A DNA stretch of 64,000 bases from Myxococcota bacterium (GTDB lineage: Bacteria; Myxococcota_A; UBA9042; PHBI01; JAWLBL01): the NCBI GenBank assembly GCA_041687695.1, contig JAWLBL010000010.1, positions 192,865 through 256,864 of the forward strand, in the 5' to 3' direction. Positions 1 to 11,544 of the stretch are shown in pieces (the first letter of the stretch is position 1; every line of letters starts with the position of its first letter). Made by a program: the position numbers and the translations under genes. The notes under the pieces were generated by a model. That model was not told the DNA's origin and did no database searches. It saw nothing but the letters and a program-made list of their open reading frames with translations.

Positions 1-1281
1 AAGACCTGCGCGGGTCGTGGCGCGCGCGTGGACCTGGCGCGCGGCGACCCAGGTCTCACGGACGGGGTTGTGGCCCATCAGGTAAGGGATGTGGCGCCAC
101 CCGGGCGCCTCGCAGACGGCCAGGTCGCAGGGCGCGCCAGGGGCCAACGTGCCAGTGCCGTCGGTCAGGCCGAGGGCGCGGGCGGCGTGGCGCGTGATGC
201 CCAGCAAGGCCTCGTGCGGCGCGAGCCCCAGGTACACGCAGCCCAGCGTGGCCATCAGCGGCAGGTGCCGCGACGGACACGTGCCCGGGTTGCAGTCGGT
301 CGACAGCGCGACCGGCACCCCCGCGTCCAGCAGGCGTCGGGCCGGCGCGCGGTCCCGGGCGCCCAGGAACACGGCCGCGCCCGGCAGCAGGACCGCCACT
401 GTGCCGTGCTCGGCCATGGCGGCGATGTCCTCGTCCTCGGCGCGCTCGAGGTGGTCGGCGCTCACGGCGCCCAAACGCGCCGCGGCGGCTGCGGCCCCCG
501 TGCGCGTCAGCTGCTCGGCGTGCACCTTGAGCCCGAGGCCGAGCTCGCGGCCGCGATCGAGGATGCGCAGCGTCTCGTCGAGCGAGAATGCGCCGGTCTC
601 GCAGAACACGTCGACGTGCCGCGCGAGTCTCAGGCGCGCCGCCTCGGGCAGCAGCTCGTCGGTGACCAGGCGCACGTAGGCCCCGCGGTCGCCCTTGAAC
701 TCGTCCGGCACGATGTGGGCGCCGAGGACCGTCGGCACGATCCGCGCGAGCCCCTCGTCGGCCAGGCGGCGCGCCACCTCGAGGCACTTGAGCTCGTCGG
801 CGACCGTCAGCCCGTAACCCGACTTGATCTCGACCGTCGTCACGCCGTGGGCGACGAGGTCGAGCAAGCGGGGCCGCGCCAGCTCGACCAGCTCGTCGCG
901 CGAGGCGGCCCTCGTCGCGCGGACCGTCAGCCGGATGCCGCCGCCCCGCGCAGCGACGGCCTCGTAGCTCTCGCCGGCGCAGCGCGCCGCGAAGTCCTGG
1001 GTGCGGTCGCCAGCGTAGACCAGGTGCGTGTGCGCATCGACCAGTCCGGGCAGAACGACCGCGCCCTGGAGATCGACGACCCGCTGTCCGGGGCGCCGCG
1101 GCGCGTCCGAGGCGGCGCCGACCCAGGCGACCCGGCCGTCGTCGCCGGCGAGCACAGCCGCGTCCCGCAGCAACCCCAGCGCGCGTTCGCCCGCGTCCTG
1201 GACCGCCGTCGCCCCCGAGCGAGCCAGCGACGCGTCCATGGTGAGCAGCTCGGACAGGCCGACGAAGAGGGTCTCGGGCAT
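1..1281 (-). CDS. hutI: Imidazolonepropionase (3' end runs off the window)
   Basis: Not in the ORF track because there is no stop inside the window. Manual translation from ATG 1281: MPETLFVG...LPGLVDAHTHLVYAGDR...GGGIRLTVRATR...GVTTVEIKSGYGL, typical HutI motifs. Confidence 0.93.
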   Translation of the reverse strand, partial: MPETLFVGLSELLTMDASLARSGATAVQDAGERALGLLRDAAVLAGDDGRVAWVGAASDAPRRPGQRVVDLQGAVVLPGLVDAHTHLVYAGDRTQDFAARCAGESYEAVAARGGGIRLTVRATRAASRDELVELARPRLLDLVAHGVTTVEIKSGYGLTVADELKCLEVARRLADEGLARIVPTVLGAHIVPDEFKGDRGAYVRLVTDELLPEAARLRLARHVDVFCETGAFSLDETLRILDRGRELGLGLKVHAEQLTRTGAAAAAARLGAVSADHLERAEDEDIAAMAEHGTVAVLLPGAAVFLGARDRAPARRLLDAGVPVALSTDCNPGTCPSRHLPLMATLGCVYLGLAPHEALLGITRHAARALGLTDGTGTLAPGAPCDLAVCEAPGWRHIPYLMGHNPVRETWVAARQVHARATTRAGL

Positions 1282-1325
1282 GCCGCGCATTGTAGGGGGG
1301 GCCGGCGCCGTGGTAAACGCCCCGC

Positions 1326-2399
1326 GTGCGCCTGCCCCACCCGCTCCTGGCTCTCGTCCTGCTCGCCACTCCCGCTTCGGGCGTGGTCGTGGCCTGCGCG
1401 GCTGCGCGGCCCGCCGATCTGGTGATGCGCGAAGGCATCGTCCTGCAGCAGCAGGGCCGCGCGCTGCCGGCCGCCGAGCGCTACCGGCAGGCGCTGCGCC
1501 TGTCGCCCAGCGTCCCCGGCGCGTACAACAACCTGGCGCTCATCGCCCTCGGGCGCGACGAGCTGACCCGCGCGGTCGCCCTGCTCGAGGAGGAGCTCCA
1601 GCGGCACCCGGCCTCGCCCCAGGCCGCGCTCAACCGCGCCCTGGTCCTGGTCCGGCTCGGCGACTTCGCGCGGGCGGAGGCCGAGGCGACGAAGTTCGCC
1701 GCGCTCGCGGGCGGGCTGCCCGAGCAGGATCCCGAGCGCCTGGCGAGGCAGCGCCGGGCGCGCGTCATCGTGGCGCTGGCCCGGCTCGGCGCCGAACGCC
1801 CCGCCGCCGAGGTCGCCACCCCGCTCGAGGCCGCCCTGTCGGGGGCCGAGGCGCCCGACGATCCGGTGCTGGCCGCCGCGCGCCGGGCGCTGTTCCTGGT
1901 GCACGCCGGCCAGGGGGCGCCGGAGGCGGCCTTGGCGACCGGCGCCGCGCTCGACGCGCCCGACGATCAGCTGCTGCGCGCCGCCTTGTTGGCGCGCCTC
2001 GGGCGCTACGATCAGATGTTGTCACTCGTCGACGCCGTGAAGCCGGCCGACGACGCCGACCCCTACCCGTCTCTGCTGCGGACGCATGCGCTGGTCGCGC
2101 TCGGGCGCGACGCCGAGGCCGCGGCCGCCCTGGGTCGGCTGCGTCTGGACGAGGCCTCGCCCTGGGCCGGCTGGAGGGCGCGGCTCACCGCCACGCTCGC
2201 GTCGCGGGCCGGCGACTGGACCGGGGCGCTCGCGGCGCTCGAGGCCGTCTCGGCGCCCTCGGCCGACCAGTGGCTGGACCGCGCCGTGGCGCTGGCGCAC
2301 CTCGGGCGCGTCGAAGAGGCCCGGGTGGCCGTCGCGGGCGTGTTGCGCGACGCGCCGGACCACCCGCGCGCGCTGGCGCTTCGCGCGAGCCTCGAGTAG
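1326..2399 (+). CDS. Exported TPR-repeat protein
   Basis: Hydrophobic N-terminus; TPR-like motifs (YRQALRLSP..AYNNLALI, AALNRALVLVRLGDF, DRAVALAHLGRVEEA). Confidence 0.75.
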   Translation: MRLPHPLLALVLLATPASGVVVACAAARPADLVMREGIVLQQQGRALPAAERYRQALRLSPSVPGAYNNLALIALGRDELTRAVALLEEELQRHPASPQAALNRALVLVRLGDFARAEAEATKFAALAGGLPEQDPERLARQRRARVIVALARLGAERPAAEVATPLEAALSGAEAPDDPVLAAARRALFLVHAGQGAPEAALATGAALDAPDDQLLRAALLARLGRYDQMLSLVDAVKPADDADPYPSLLRTHALVALGRDAEAAAALGRLRLDEASPWAGWRARLTATLASRAGDWTGALAALEAVSAPSADQWLDRAVALAHLGRVEEARVAVAGVLRDAPDHPRALALRASLE

Positions 2400-2443
2400 G
2401 CGGCCCGCCGGCGCCCCGCCCAACGACGAGGCGCCCCGCAGGC

Positions 2444-3511
2444 TCAGGCGATGAGGCGGTAGGTCTCGCGCGCGAGATCGGCGCGCTGCGCGTCCGTCGC
2501 GCCCTCGTCCACGCTGACCACCTTGGCGTCGCGCCAGGCGCGCTCGACGGGGAAGTCCTCGGTGTAGCCGTAGCCGCCGAAGATCTGCAGCCCCTCGTCG
2601 GTCGCCAGCAGCGCCGCGCGCGCCGCCATCAGGCGGGCCACGCCCACCTCGCGCGTCGCCGTGCGCCCGCCGTCCAGCTTGGCAGCGGCGCGCCACGTCG
2701 ACAGGCGCGCCGCGTCGAGCAGGGTCGCCGCGTCGGCCAGCTTGTGCTGGATGGACTGCAGCTCACCGATGGGTTGCCCGAAGGCCTTTCGCTCGAGCGC
2801 GTAGCGGCTGGCCTCGTCGAGCGCCATGCGCCCGAGGCCCACGAGGACGGCCGAGTTCAGCAGGCGGGCATAGTCACGCGTCGCGGCCCGCGCCCCGGTC
2901 GACCAGTGGTCGAACCGCTCGACGCAGGCGGCGCTGCGAGCCGAGAGGGTCCCCAGACCGGCGGAGCGCAGCCCCAGCGGGTGCGCGTCGGCGCGGCCCT
3001 CGAGGCTCGCGGCCTCGAAGACGGCCAGCCCGTCTCCGTCGACCGGCAGCACGAAGCGCTGGGCCCCCTGGACCTGCCCCACATGCCGGACATCCCCGCT
3101 GAAGCGCTGCGGGGCCTCGGTCGCCAGCCCGCCCGTCAGCGCCGGCGAGGCCAGCGTGGCGCCGCGCACCTCGCCCCCGGCGAGCGCGCGCGCCTCGGCC
3201 GACCCCTCGGTCGCTGATCGCAAGGCGAAGCCCGCCACCAGGTGGTTGGCCAGCGACCAGGCGAGTGACCCCGACGCGGCGGCCAGCTCCTCGAGCGCCA
3301 GCGTGGCCGTGACCACGTCCAGGCCCGCCCCGCCCTGCCCTTCGGGAACGTCGACCCCGGTCAGCCCGAGCTGGGCCAGCTCGTCCCACGTCGCCGCCGG
3401 GAAGGCGCCCGCCTCGTCCCACGCCCCCGCGCGCGGCAGGACGCGGCTCCGGGCGAGGTCGCGCACGACCGCCTGCACCTGGCGCTGCTCGTCGTTCGGC
3501 TCGAACCTCAC
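2444..3511 (-). CDS. Acyl-CoA dehydrogenase family protein, short and divergent
   Basis: ACAD N-terminus ([25 protein letters not shown]) and C-terminus ([40 protein letters not shown]); the central ALSEP..GSD motif is missing. Confidence 0.85.
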   Translation of the reverse strand: MRFEPNDEQRQVQAVVRDLARSRVLPRAGAWDEAGAFPAATWDELAQLGLTGVDVPEGQGGAGLDVVTATLALEELAAASGSLAWSLANHLVAGFALRSATEGSAEARALAGGEVRGATLASPALTGGLATEAPQRFSGDVRHVGQVQGAQRFVLPVDGDGLAVFEAASLEGRADAHPLGLRSAGLGTLSARSAACVERFDHWSTGARAATRDYARLLNSAVLVGLGRMALDEASRYALERKAFGQPIGELQSIQHKLADAATLLDAARLSTWRAAAKLDGGRTATREVGVARLMAARAALLATDEGLQIFGGYGYTEDFPVERAWRDAKVVSVDEGATDAQRADLARETYRLIA

Positions 3512-3951
3512 GACGCGTCCCGCCCCGAGGCCGCCAGCAGGTCGCCCGCCACGCGCTCGTCGAGGATGCGCCGCACGGCCGTCACGATGTCGGCCATCGC
3601 CGTCCCGGGCGTGAACACCTCGGAGACGCCGGCCTCCTTGAGCGTCACGATGTCGTCCTCGGGGATGATGCCGCCGACGAAGACCGCGATGTCGCCCGCG
3701 CCCTGCTCGCTCAAGAGCCGAAGCACATCGGGGACCAGGTGGTTGTGCGCGCCCGACAGGATGGACAGCCCGACCAGGTCGACGTCCTCCTGGATCGCGG
3801 CGCTGGCGATCATCTCGGGCGTCTGGTGCAGCCCGGTGTAGATGACCTCGATGCCGGCGTCGCGCAGCGCCCGCGCGACGACCTTGGCGCCGCGGTCGTG
3901 CCCGTCCAGGCCCGGCTTGCCGATGAGGACCCGATATCGCCGTTCCGTCAT
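3508..3951 (-). CDS. Cobalamin-binding small subunit of an acyl-CoA mutase (methylmalonyl/isobutyryl-CoA mutase C-terminal domain)
   Basis: [33 protein letters not shown] (DxHxxG), [15 protein letters not shown]. Confidence 0.92.
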   Translation of the reverse strand: MTERRYRVLIGKPGLDGHDRGAKVVARALRDAGIEVIYTGLHQTPEMIASAAIQEDVDLVGLSILSGAHNHLVPDVLRLLSEQGAGDIAVFVGGIIPEDDIVTLKEAGVSEVFTPGTAMADIVTAVRRILDERVAGDLLAASGRDAS

Positions 3952-3962
3952 GACTCGCTCCC

Positions 3963-5123
3963 CTACTGACCCAGCCGCGCGAGCACCTCGCGCGCGATGA
4001 CCAGCCGCTGAATCTCGCTCGTGCCCTCGAAGATGGTGGTGACGCGCGCGTCGCGCATCGCCCGCTCGGCGGCCAGCGCCCGCGTGACGCCGTCCAGCCC
4101 GCAGACCTCGACCGCCGCCCCCGTGACGCGCTTGCACGCCTCGGTGGCGTACAGCTTGGCCATCGCCGCCTCGCGCGTGAAGCGGCGCCCGGTCTCGGCC
4201 GCCTGCTGCTTCATCCAGGCCGCGCGGTGCACCATCAGCTCGGCCGCCTCCAGCGCCGTCGCCATGTCGGCCAGCCGGTGCTGCACGCTGGCCAGCTCGC
4301 CCAGCGCCCCGCCCTGCTCGGTCGCCGCGTATCGCGCCGCCACGTCCAGCGCCGACCGCGCGATGCCACACGCCATCGCCCCGATGGTGATGCGCCCGCC
4401 GTCCAGCGCCGTCATGGCGATGCGGAAGCCCATCCCCTCGGCGCCGATGAGGTTGTCGGCCGGGACGCGGCAGTCCTCGAGCACCACCGGCACCGTGTTC
4501 GACCCCTTCAGCCCGGTCTTCTTCTCGGCCTTGCCGACCGCGAACCCGGGGAAGGTCGGCTCGACCACGAACGCGCTGATGCCCCGGTGACCCGTCTCGG
4601 GGCCGCTGGTCCGCGCCATGACGATGAGCACGCCCGCGTACGCCCCGGACGTGATCCACATCTTCGTGCCGCTCAGCACGTAGTGGTCGCCGTCGCGCCG
4701 CGCCGTCGCCGACAGCGCCGCGGCGTCGGACCCGCTGCCGGGCTCGGACAGGCAGAAGGCGCCCGCCACGGCCTCGCCGCTGGTCAGCCGCGGGACGTAC
4801 TTGCGCGCCAGCGCGGCCGGCCCGAAGCGGCTGAGCGTCTCGCCGACCATGTTGGTGACGCTCATGCCGACCGCGGTCGACGGACACGCGTAGGCCACCT
4901 CGGTCAGCGCCAGCGCCAGGGCCACCGGGCCGGCGTCCAGGCCGCCCAGCTCGGCCGGCGAGCTGAGGCCCAGCAGCCCGCGCTTGGCCAGCGCCTGGAA
5001 GGACTCGGTCGGGAAGCGGCCGGTCGCGTCCAGCTCGGCCGCCTTGGGGGCCAGCTCGGTCCGCGCCACCTCGCGCGCCAGCTCCTGGATGCGCCGCTGC
5101 GCCTCGTTGGGGGTCAGCTGCAT
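3963..5123 (-). CDS. Acyl-CoA dehydrogenase
   Basis: [42 protein letters not shown]; start MQLTPNEAQ at 5123. Confidence 0.93.
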   Translation of the reverse strand: MQLTPNEAQRRIQELAREVARTELAPKAAELDATGRFPTESFQALAKRGLLGLSSPAELGGLDAGPVALALALTEVAYACPSTAVGMSVTNMVGETLSRFGPAALARKYVPRLTSGEAVAGAFCLSEPGSGSDAAALSATARRDGDHYVLSGTKMWITSGAYAGVLIVMARTSGPETGHRGISAFVVEPTFPGFAVGKAEKKTGLKGSNTVPVVLEDCRVPADNLIGAEGMGFRIAMTALDGGRITIGAMACGIARSALDVAARYAATEQGGALGELASVQHRLADMATALEAAELMVHRAAWMKQQAAETGRRFTREAAMAKLYATEACKRVTGAAVEVCGLDGVTRALAAERAMRDARVTTIFEGTSEIQRLVIAREVLARLGQ

Positions 5124-5125
5124 CG

Positions 5126-6283
<1,158 letters not shown>

Positions 6284-6328
6284 GCTCTCGCCTCGGCCTG
6301 CTGGCCCTTGCTCTACTTGCCCGTGGCC

Positions 6329-7111
6329 CTACTTGCCCGTGAACGTCGGCTGGCGCTTGCTCAGAAAGGCGCCCGTGCCCTCGCGCATGTCCTCGGTCTT
6401 GAACATCGACCCGAAGAGCATCGCCTCGAACTCCATCCCGACCTCGAGGGTCAGGTCGTAGCCCCGGTTGAGCGCCCGCTTGGCCGCGCCGACCGCCAGC
6501 GGCCCCTTCTCGGCGATGCTCTGCGCGATGGCCCGCGCCCCGGCCAGCAGCTCGCCCTGCGGGTAGATGGCGTTGGCCAGCCCCAGCTGCAGCGCCCGCG
6601 GCGCGTCGACCAGGTCGCCCGTGAAGATGAGCTGCTTGGCCACCGCGCGCCCCACGATGCGCGCCAGGCGCTGCGTCCCGCCGAAGCCCGGGATGAGCCC
6701 CAGCTTCACCTCGGGCTGCCCGAAGCGCGCGTTGTCGCTGGCCAGGATGAAGTCGCAGGCCATCGCCAGCTCGCACCCGCCGCCCAGCGCGTACCCGTTG
6801 ACCGCCGCGATGACCGCCTTGGGCACCGCCTCGATGGCGGCCGTCAGGTTCTGCCCGAGGCGCGCGAACTCCTCGGCCTCCTCCTGGCTCATCGCCGCCA
6901 TCTCGGCGATGTCCGCGCCCGCCACGAACGCCTTGTCACCCGCGCCCGTGATGATGAGCACGCGCGCGTCCTGGTCGTGGCGGAACTCGAAGAAGGCCCG
7001 CGACAGCTCGGTCAGCGTCTTGCGGTTGAGCGCGTTCAGGGCCTTGGGGCGGTTCACCGTCAGGGTGACGATGAAGTCCTCGCGCTCGTAGGTGATGTTG
7101 TCGTAGTGCAT
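6329..7111 (-). CDS. crt: Enoyl-CoA hydratase (crotonase)
   Basis: NRPKALNALN, KAFVAGADI, NGYALGGGCELA, FGQPEVKLGLIPGFGGTQRL. Confidence 0.92.
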   Translation of the reverse strand: MHYDNITYEREDFIVTLTVNRPKALNALNRKTLTELSRAFFEFRHDQDARVLIITGAGDKAFVAGADIAEMAAMSQEEAEEFARLGQNLTAAIEAVPKAVIAAVNGYALGGGCELAMACDFILASDNARFGQPEVKLGLIPGFGGTQRLARIVGRAVAKQLIFTGDLVDAPRALQLGLANAIYPQGELLAGARAIAQSIAEKGPLAVGAAKRALNRGYDLTLEVGMEFEAMLFGSMFKTEDMREGTGAFLSKRQPTFTGK

Positions 7112-7113
7112 GG

Positions 7114-7974
<861 letters not shown>

Positions 7975-8038
7975 CGGGTCCTCCGACTGAGACGTGCGCC
8001 GCCGGCGGGTGCGGGCGGCGCGGAGCGTCCGACCTGGG

Positions 8039-9217
8039 TCAGACGCGCTCGACGACGAGGGCGACCGCCTCGCCGCCGCCGAGGCAGATGCCGGCGCAGC
8101 CGTAGCGGCCGCCGGTCTGCTGGAGCGTGTGCAGCAGCGTGACGACGATGCGGTTGCCCGACGCCCCGATGGGGTGCCCCAGCGCCACGGCCCCGCCGCG
8201 CGGGTTCACCTTCTCCATGGGCAGCCCGAGCCGCTTGGCCACGGCCAGGCTCACCACCGAGAACGCCTCGTTGATCTCGAAGCTGTCCACCTGGTCCAGC
8301 GTGATGCCGGCCTTGTCGACCGCGCGCTGCATCGCGTTGGCCGGCGCCGTCGTGAACCACTCGGGCGCCTGCGCGTGCGCTCCGGTCGACACGATGCGCG
8401 CCAGCGGCTTCAGCCCCAGCGCGTCCGCCCGCTCGCGGCTCATCACGACCATGGCCGACGCCCCGTCGTTGATGCTCGACGCGTTCGCCGCCGTGACCGT
8501 GCCCTCCTTCTCGAAGGCCGGCCTCAGCTTCGCGAACTTCTCGGGCTTGCCGCGCGCCGGCTCCTCGTCGCGGGTCACGGTCGTCGTCTCGCCCCGCGGC
8601 CCGGTCACCGTCACCGGCGCGATCTCGGCGTCGAACAGGCCGTCGGCGATGGACGCGTTCGCGCGCCGGTAGCTCTCGGTCGCGTAGGCGTCCTGCTCCT
8701 CGCGCGAGATCAGGCACTCGCGCGCGCACAGCTCGGCCGCCGACCCCATGTGGTAGTCGTTGTACACGTCCCACAGGCCGTCGTGGATCAGCCCGTCGAC
8801 CAGCTGCCCGTGGCCCAGGCGATACCCGTCGCGCGCCTTCGGCAGCAGGTACGGCACCTGCGACATGTTCTCCATGCCGCCGGCCACCACGATGTCCGCG
8901 TCGCCCGCCCGGATGATCTGGCTCGCCAGGATGATCGTCTTCAGGCCCGACCCGCACACCTTGTGCACCGTGGTCGCCCCGACGCTGCTGGGCAGCCCCG
9001 CGTAGATGGACGCCTGCCTCGCCGGCGCCTGCCCTAGGCCGGCCTGCAGCACGCACCCCATCAGCACCTCGTCGACCTGGGCCCCGTCGACCCCCGCGCG
9101 CTCGAGCGCCGCCTTGATGGCGACCGCCCCCAGCCGCGGCGTCGACACCGACGCGAGCCCGCCGCCGAAGGCCCCGATGGGCGTCCGCGCCGCGCTGACG
9201 ATGACCGCTTCACGCAT
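8039..9217 (-). CDS. Acetyl-CoA C-acetyltransferase (thiolase)
   Basis: ARTPIG, KVCGSGLK, EINEAF, GHPIGASG, CLGGGEA; AGGAGG RBS before ATG 9217. Confidence 0.95.
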   Translation of the reverse strand: MREAVIVSAARTPIGAFGGGLASVSTPRLGAVAIKAALERAGVDGAQVDEVLMGCVLQAGLGQAPARQASIYAGLPSSVGATTVHKVCGSGLKTIILASQIIRAGDADIVVAGGMENMSQVPYLLPKARDGYRLGHGQLVDGLIHDGLWDVYNDYHMGSAAELCARECLISREEQDAYATESYRRANASIADGLFDAEIAPVTVTGPRGETTTVTRDEEPARGKPEKFAKLRPAFEKEGTVTAANASSINDGASAMVVMSRERADALGLKPLARIVSTGAHAQAPEWFTTAPANAMQRAVDKAGITLDQVDSFEINEAFSVVSLAVAKRLGLPMEKVNPRGGAVALGHPIGASGNRIVVTLLHTLQQTGGRYGCAGICLGGGEAVALVVERV

Positions 9218-9260
9218 GATCGTGCCTCCTTGCGGGATCCTGACCTCGATGGCGGCCCGG

Positions 9261-9289
9261 TCCTTAGCACCCGCCTCCGCGGGGGTCAA
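9261..9289 (-). promoter_or_regulatory. Putative sigma70-type promoter of the thiolase operon
   Basis: Minus strand TTGACC-N17-TAAGGA with TGn extended -10. Confidence 0.5.
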
Positions 9290-9389
9290 CGATGCCGGGC
9301 ATGGCCCACGCGGGCGCCGCGCTCCGCTCGCCCCGACGGCGACGGACGGTTTTCTGGACGCGCCGGCCGCCCGGGCGACCATGGCCCCC

Positions 9390-10235
9390 ATGACCGCGCG
9401 CCAGCCCTTCAAGACACGCCTGCTCGCCCCCTTGTTCCTCGCGGGGCTCGCCCTGCCCTCCCCGGCCTGGGCCTCGCCGCCCTCGGGCCAGCCCGCGCCG
9501 TCGGCCGAGATCTCGGCCCTGCGCCACCTCCGCACCGTCGTCCTCGACCCTGGCCACGGCGGCGACAACCGCGGCTGCCTCGGCGTCGACGGCACCTTCG
9601 AGAAGGTCGTGGTCCTGCAGATCGCCCAGCGCGTCGAGCGCATCCTGCTCGAGGAGACGTCGGCCGCCGTCCTGATGACCCGCCGCGAGGACCGCCCCCT
9701 GGGCCTGCGCGAGCGCACGCGCCTGGCCAACGCCTGGGGCGCGGACGTCTTCCTGTCGCTCCACGCCAACGCCGACCCGCTGGGACGCGGTCACGGCGTC
9801 GAGACCTGGTTCCTGAGCGCCGACGACGCCGAGCCCACCGAGGCCGCGCTGCGGCTGGTCGCCCTCGAGGAGGCCGGTGACGACCCCGAGGAGGTCGTCG
9901 ACGCCGTCCGCGCGAGCGAGGTCGAGGCCATCCTGCGCGACGCCGCGCTGCACCAGGAGCGCGCGAGGTCCGAGGCGCTGGGAGAGGCGGTCGCGACCGC
10001 GATGCACAAGGCGACCGGCGCGCGCCTGCGCGGCGTGCACCAGGCGCGCTTCGGGGTCCTGGTCGAGGCCGAGATGCCGGCCATCGTCGTCGAGGCGGGC
10101 TTTCTGACGCACCGCGACGAGGGCCTGGCCCTGCTCGAGCCGGCCTACCAGGAGCGCATCGCGCGCGCCATCGTCGACGGCCTGGTGGCGTTCGACCGCC
10201 GGCTCGGCGAGGGGCCGACGGTCTCCGCGCGCTGA
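9390..10235 (+). CDS. N-acetylmuramoyl-L-alanine amidase (Amidase_3), exported
   Basis: Signal peptide; VVLDPGHGG, EK, FLSLHANA, MPAIVVEAGFLT. Start could be 9381. Confidence 0.92.
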   Translation: MTARQPFKTRLLAPLFLAGLALPSPAWASPPSGQPAPSAEISALRHLRTVVLDPGHGGDNRGCLGVDGTFEKVVVLQIAQRVERILLEETSAAVLMTRREDRPLGLRERTRLANAWGADVFLSLHANADPLGRGHGVETWFLSADDAEPTEAALRLVALEEAGDDPEEVVDAVRASEVEAILRDAALHQERARSEALGEAVATAMHKATGARLRGVHQARFGVLVEAEMPAIVVEAGFLTHRDEGLALLEPAYQERIARAIVDGLVAFDRRLGEGPTVSAR

Positions 10236-10247
10236 ACGTCGGGCCGA

Positions 10248-10604
10248 CTACTCGCCCGGCGACGTCCGGTCGTCGCCCGCCCCCTCGAAGCCGGGCTCCT
10301 CGTCGTCCCCGAACTCGGGCTCCTCGTCGACGAAGGTGTCGGGCTGCGCGTCGATGAGGGCCTCGTCCTCGCGGACCTGGGCCACGATGGCCTGCACGTC
10401 GTCGACCCGGGTCGGGTCGGCGTACAGGTTCCCCCAGCCGTGCGGGATGGCCAGATCGAAGGCGTGCGAGACGTTCTCGACGACGCGGTAGGCGATGCCG
10501 GCCTCGTTGAGGGCCGCGCTGACCAGGTGGGCGTCGCCCAGGCTGTTCAGCTCTCCCACGAAGACGAGGTCGTCGAGCTTGTCCTGGCCGGGCTCATTCG
10601 CCAT
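10248..10604 (-). CDS. DUF2007-like putative signal-transducing small protein with acidic tail
   Basis: DAHLVSAALNEAGIAYRV pattern; GAGGAG RBS. Confidence 0.65.
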   Translation of the reverse strand: MANEPGQDKLDDLVFVGELNSLGDAHLVSAALNEAGIAYRVVENVSHAFDLAIPHGWGNLYADPTRVDDVQAIVAQVREDEALIDAQPDTFVDEEPEFGDDEEPGFEGAGDDRTSPGE

Positions 10605-10778
10605 CGGGGTACTCCTCGAGGCCGCAGTTCGGTAGGTCGGGGTCGTCGGGACCCCCACGCGAGCGGAGCCAGCCGGCTCACGGGCGCGTATGGTTGAGGT
10701 GTCGGTGCTGAGGGGATGTTAAACACGGCGGGGCGGCCAGCGGAAGCCCTCACGCGCGCGCCGGGTGACGCCGCACGG

Positions 10779-11387
10779 TCAGAGCCCTTCGAGGTGGGCC
10801 GTGTCGTTGATGCGTCGCACGCTGACGCCGCGCGGGCCGAAGCGCAGCTCGGACAGGCCGGTCGGGTCGAGCCAGAGGCCGCGGAAGGCGTCGAGCGGGA
10901 CGGACAGCGCGCGGCACAGGGCGGTGATGATGGCGTAGCCGTGGCTGACGACCAGGACCCGCTGGCCGGCGTGGGCCTCGGCGAGCGCGGTCAGACGCGC
11001 CCAGAGGCGGTCCTGCACCTCGTGGAGTGTCTCGCCGCCCGGGAAGCGGCAGGCGCTGGGCGCGCGGGCCCAGTCGGCCAGCAGCTCGGCGTGGTCGGCC
11101 TCGGCCTCGTGGCGGTGCAGCCCTTCCAGGCAGCCGAGCGACAGCTCGCGCAGCCCCGGGTCGGTGTTCACCGCGAGCCCGCGCCCGTGGACGACGGTCT
11201 CGGCGGTGACCCGGGCGCGCGACAGATCGCTGGACCAGGCGGCGTCGAACGTGGTCGCCCGCAGGCGCGCGGCCAGCGCCTCGGCCTGGCGCAGGCCCTC
11301 GGCGGCCAGCGGCACGTCGGTGTGCCCCTGGTAACGGTGCGTCCGGTTCCAGTCGGTCAGCCCGTGCCTTACCAAGTATAGCTCCAT
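10779..11387 (-). CDS. Histidine phosphatase family protein (phosphoglycerate mutase/CobC-like)
   Basis: LYLVRHG.TDWN..RYQG, SSDLSRA..TA, LRE..LG..EG, VVSHG. Confidence 0.92.
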   Translation of the reverse strand: MELYLVRHGLTDWNRTHRYQGHTDVPLAAEGLRQAEALAARLRATTFDAAWSSDLSRARVTAETVVHGRGLAVNTDPGLRELSLGCLEGLHRHEAEADHAELLADWARAPSACRFPGGETLHEVQDRLWARLTALAEAHAGQRVLVVSHGYAIITALCRALSVPLDAFRGLWLDPTGLSELRFGPRGVSVRRINDTAHLEGL

Positions 11388-11393
11388 GCGGCG

Positions 11394-11422
11394 CACCTAG
11401 CACCCGGCGCCGGGCGGGGCAA
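11394..11422 (-). promoter_or_regulatory. Putative promoter, likely leaderless transcript
   Basis: TTGCCC-N17-TAGGTG with TGn, 6 nt before ATG 11387; no SD sequence. Confidence 0.4.
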
Positions 11423-11544
11423 GCCCCGGGCGCGCCCTCCCGGCCCTTGACCTCGCCCTCCGCCTGCGGTTTCGTTCGCGCCTCGCACGCGCGCTGGCGG
11501 ATTCCGTCGCCGCCTCGCGCGCCGCGCCGAGAGGAGGAACCCCG

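Noticed and set aside
6313..6341. 13-bp direct repeat CTACTTGCCCGTG duplicating the crotonase stop region
   Set aside because: Short local slippage duplication with no evident function.
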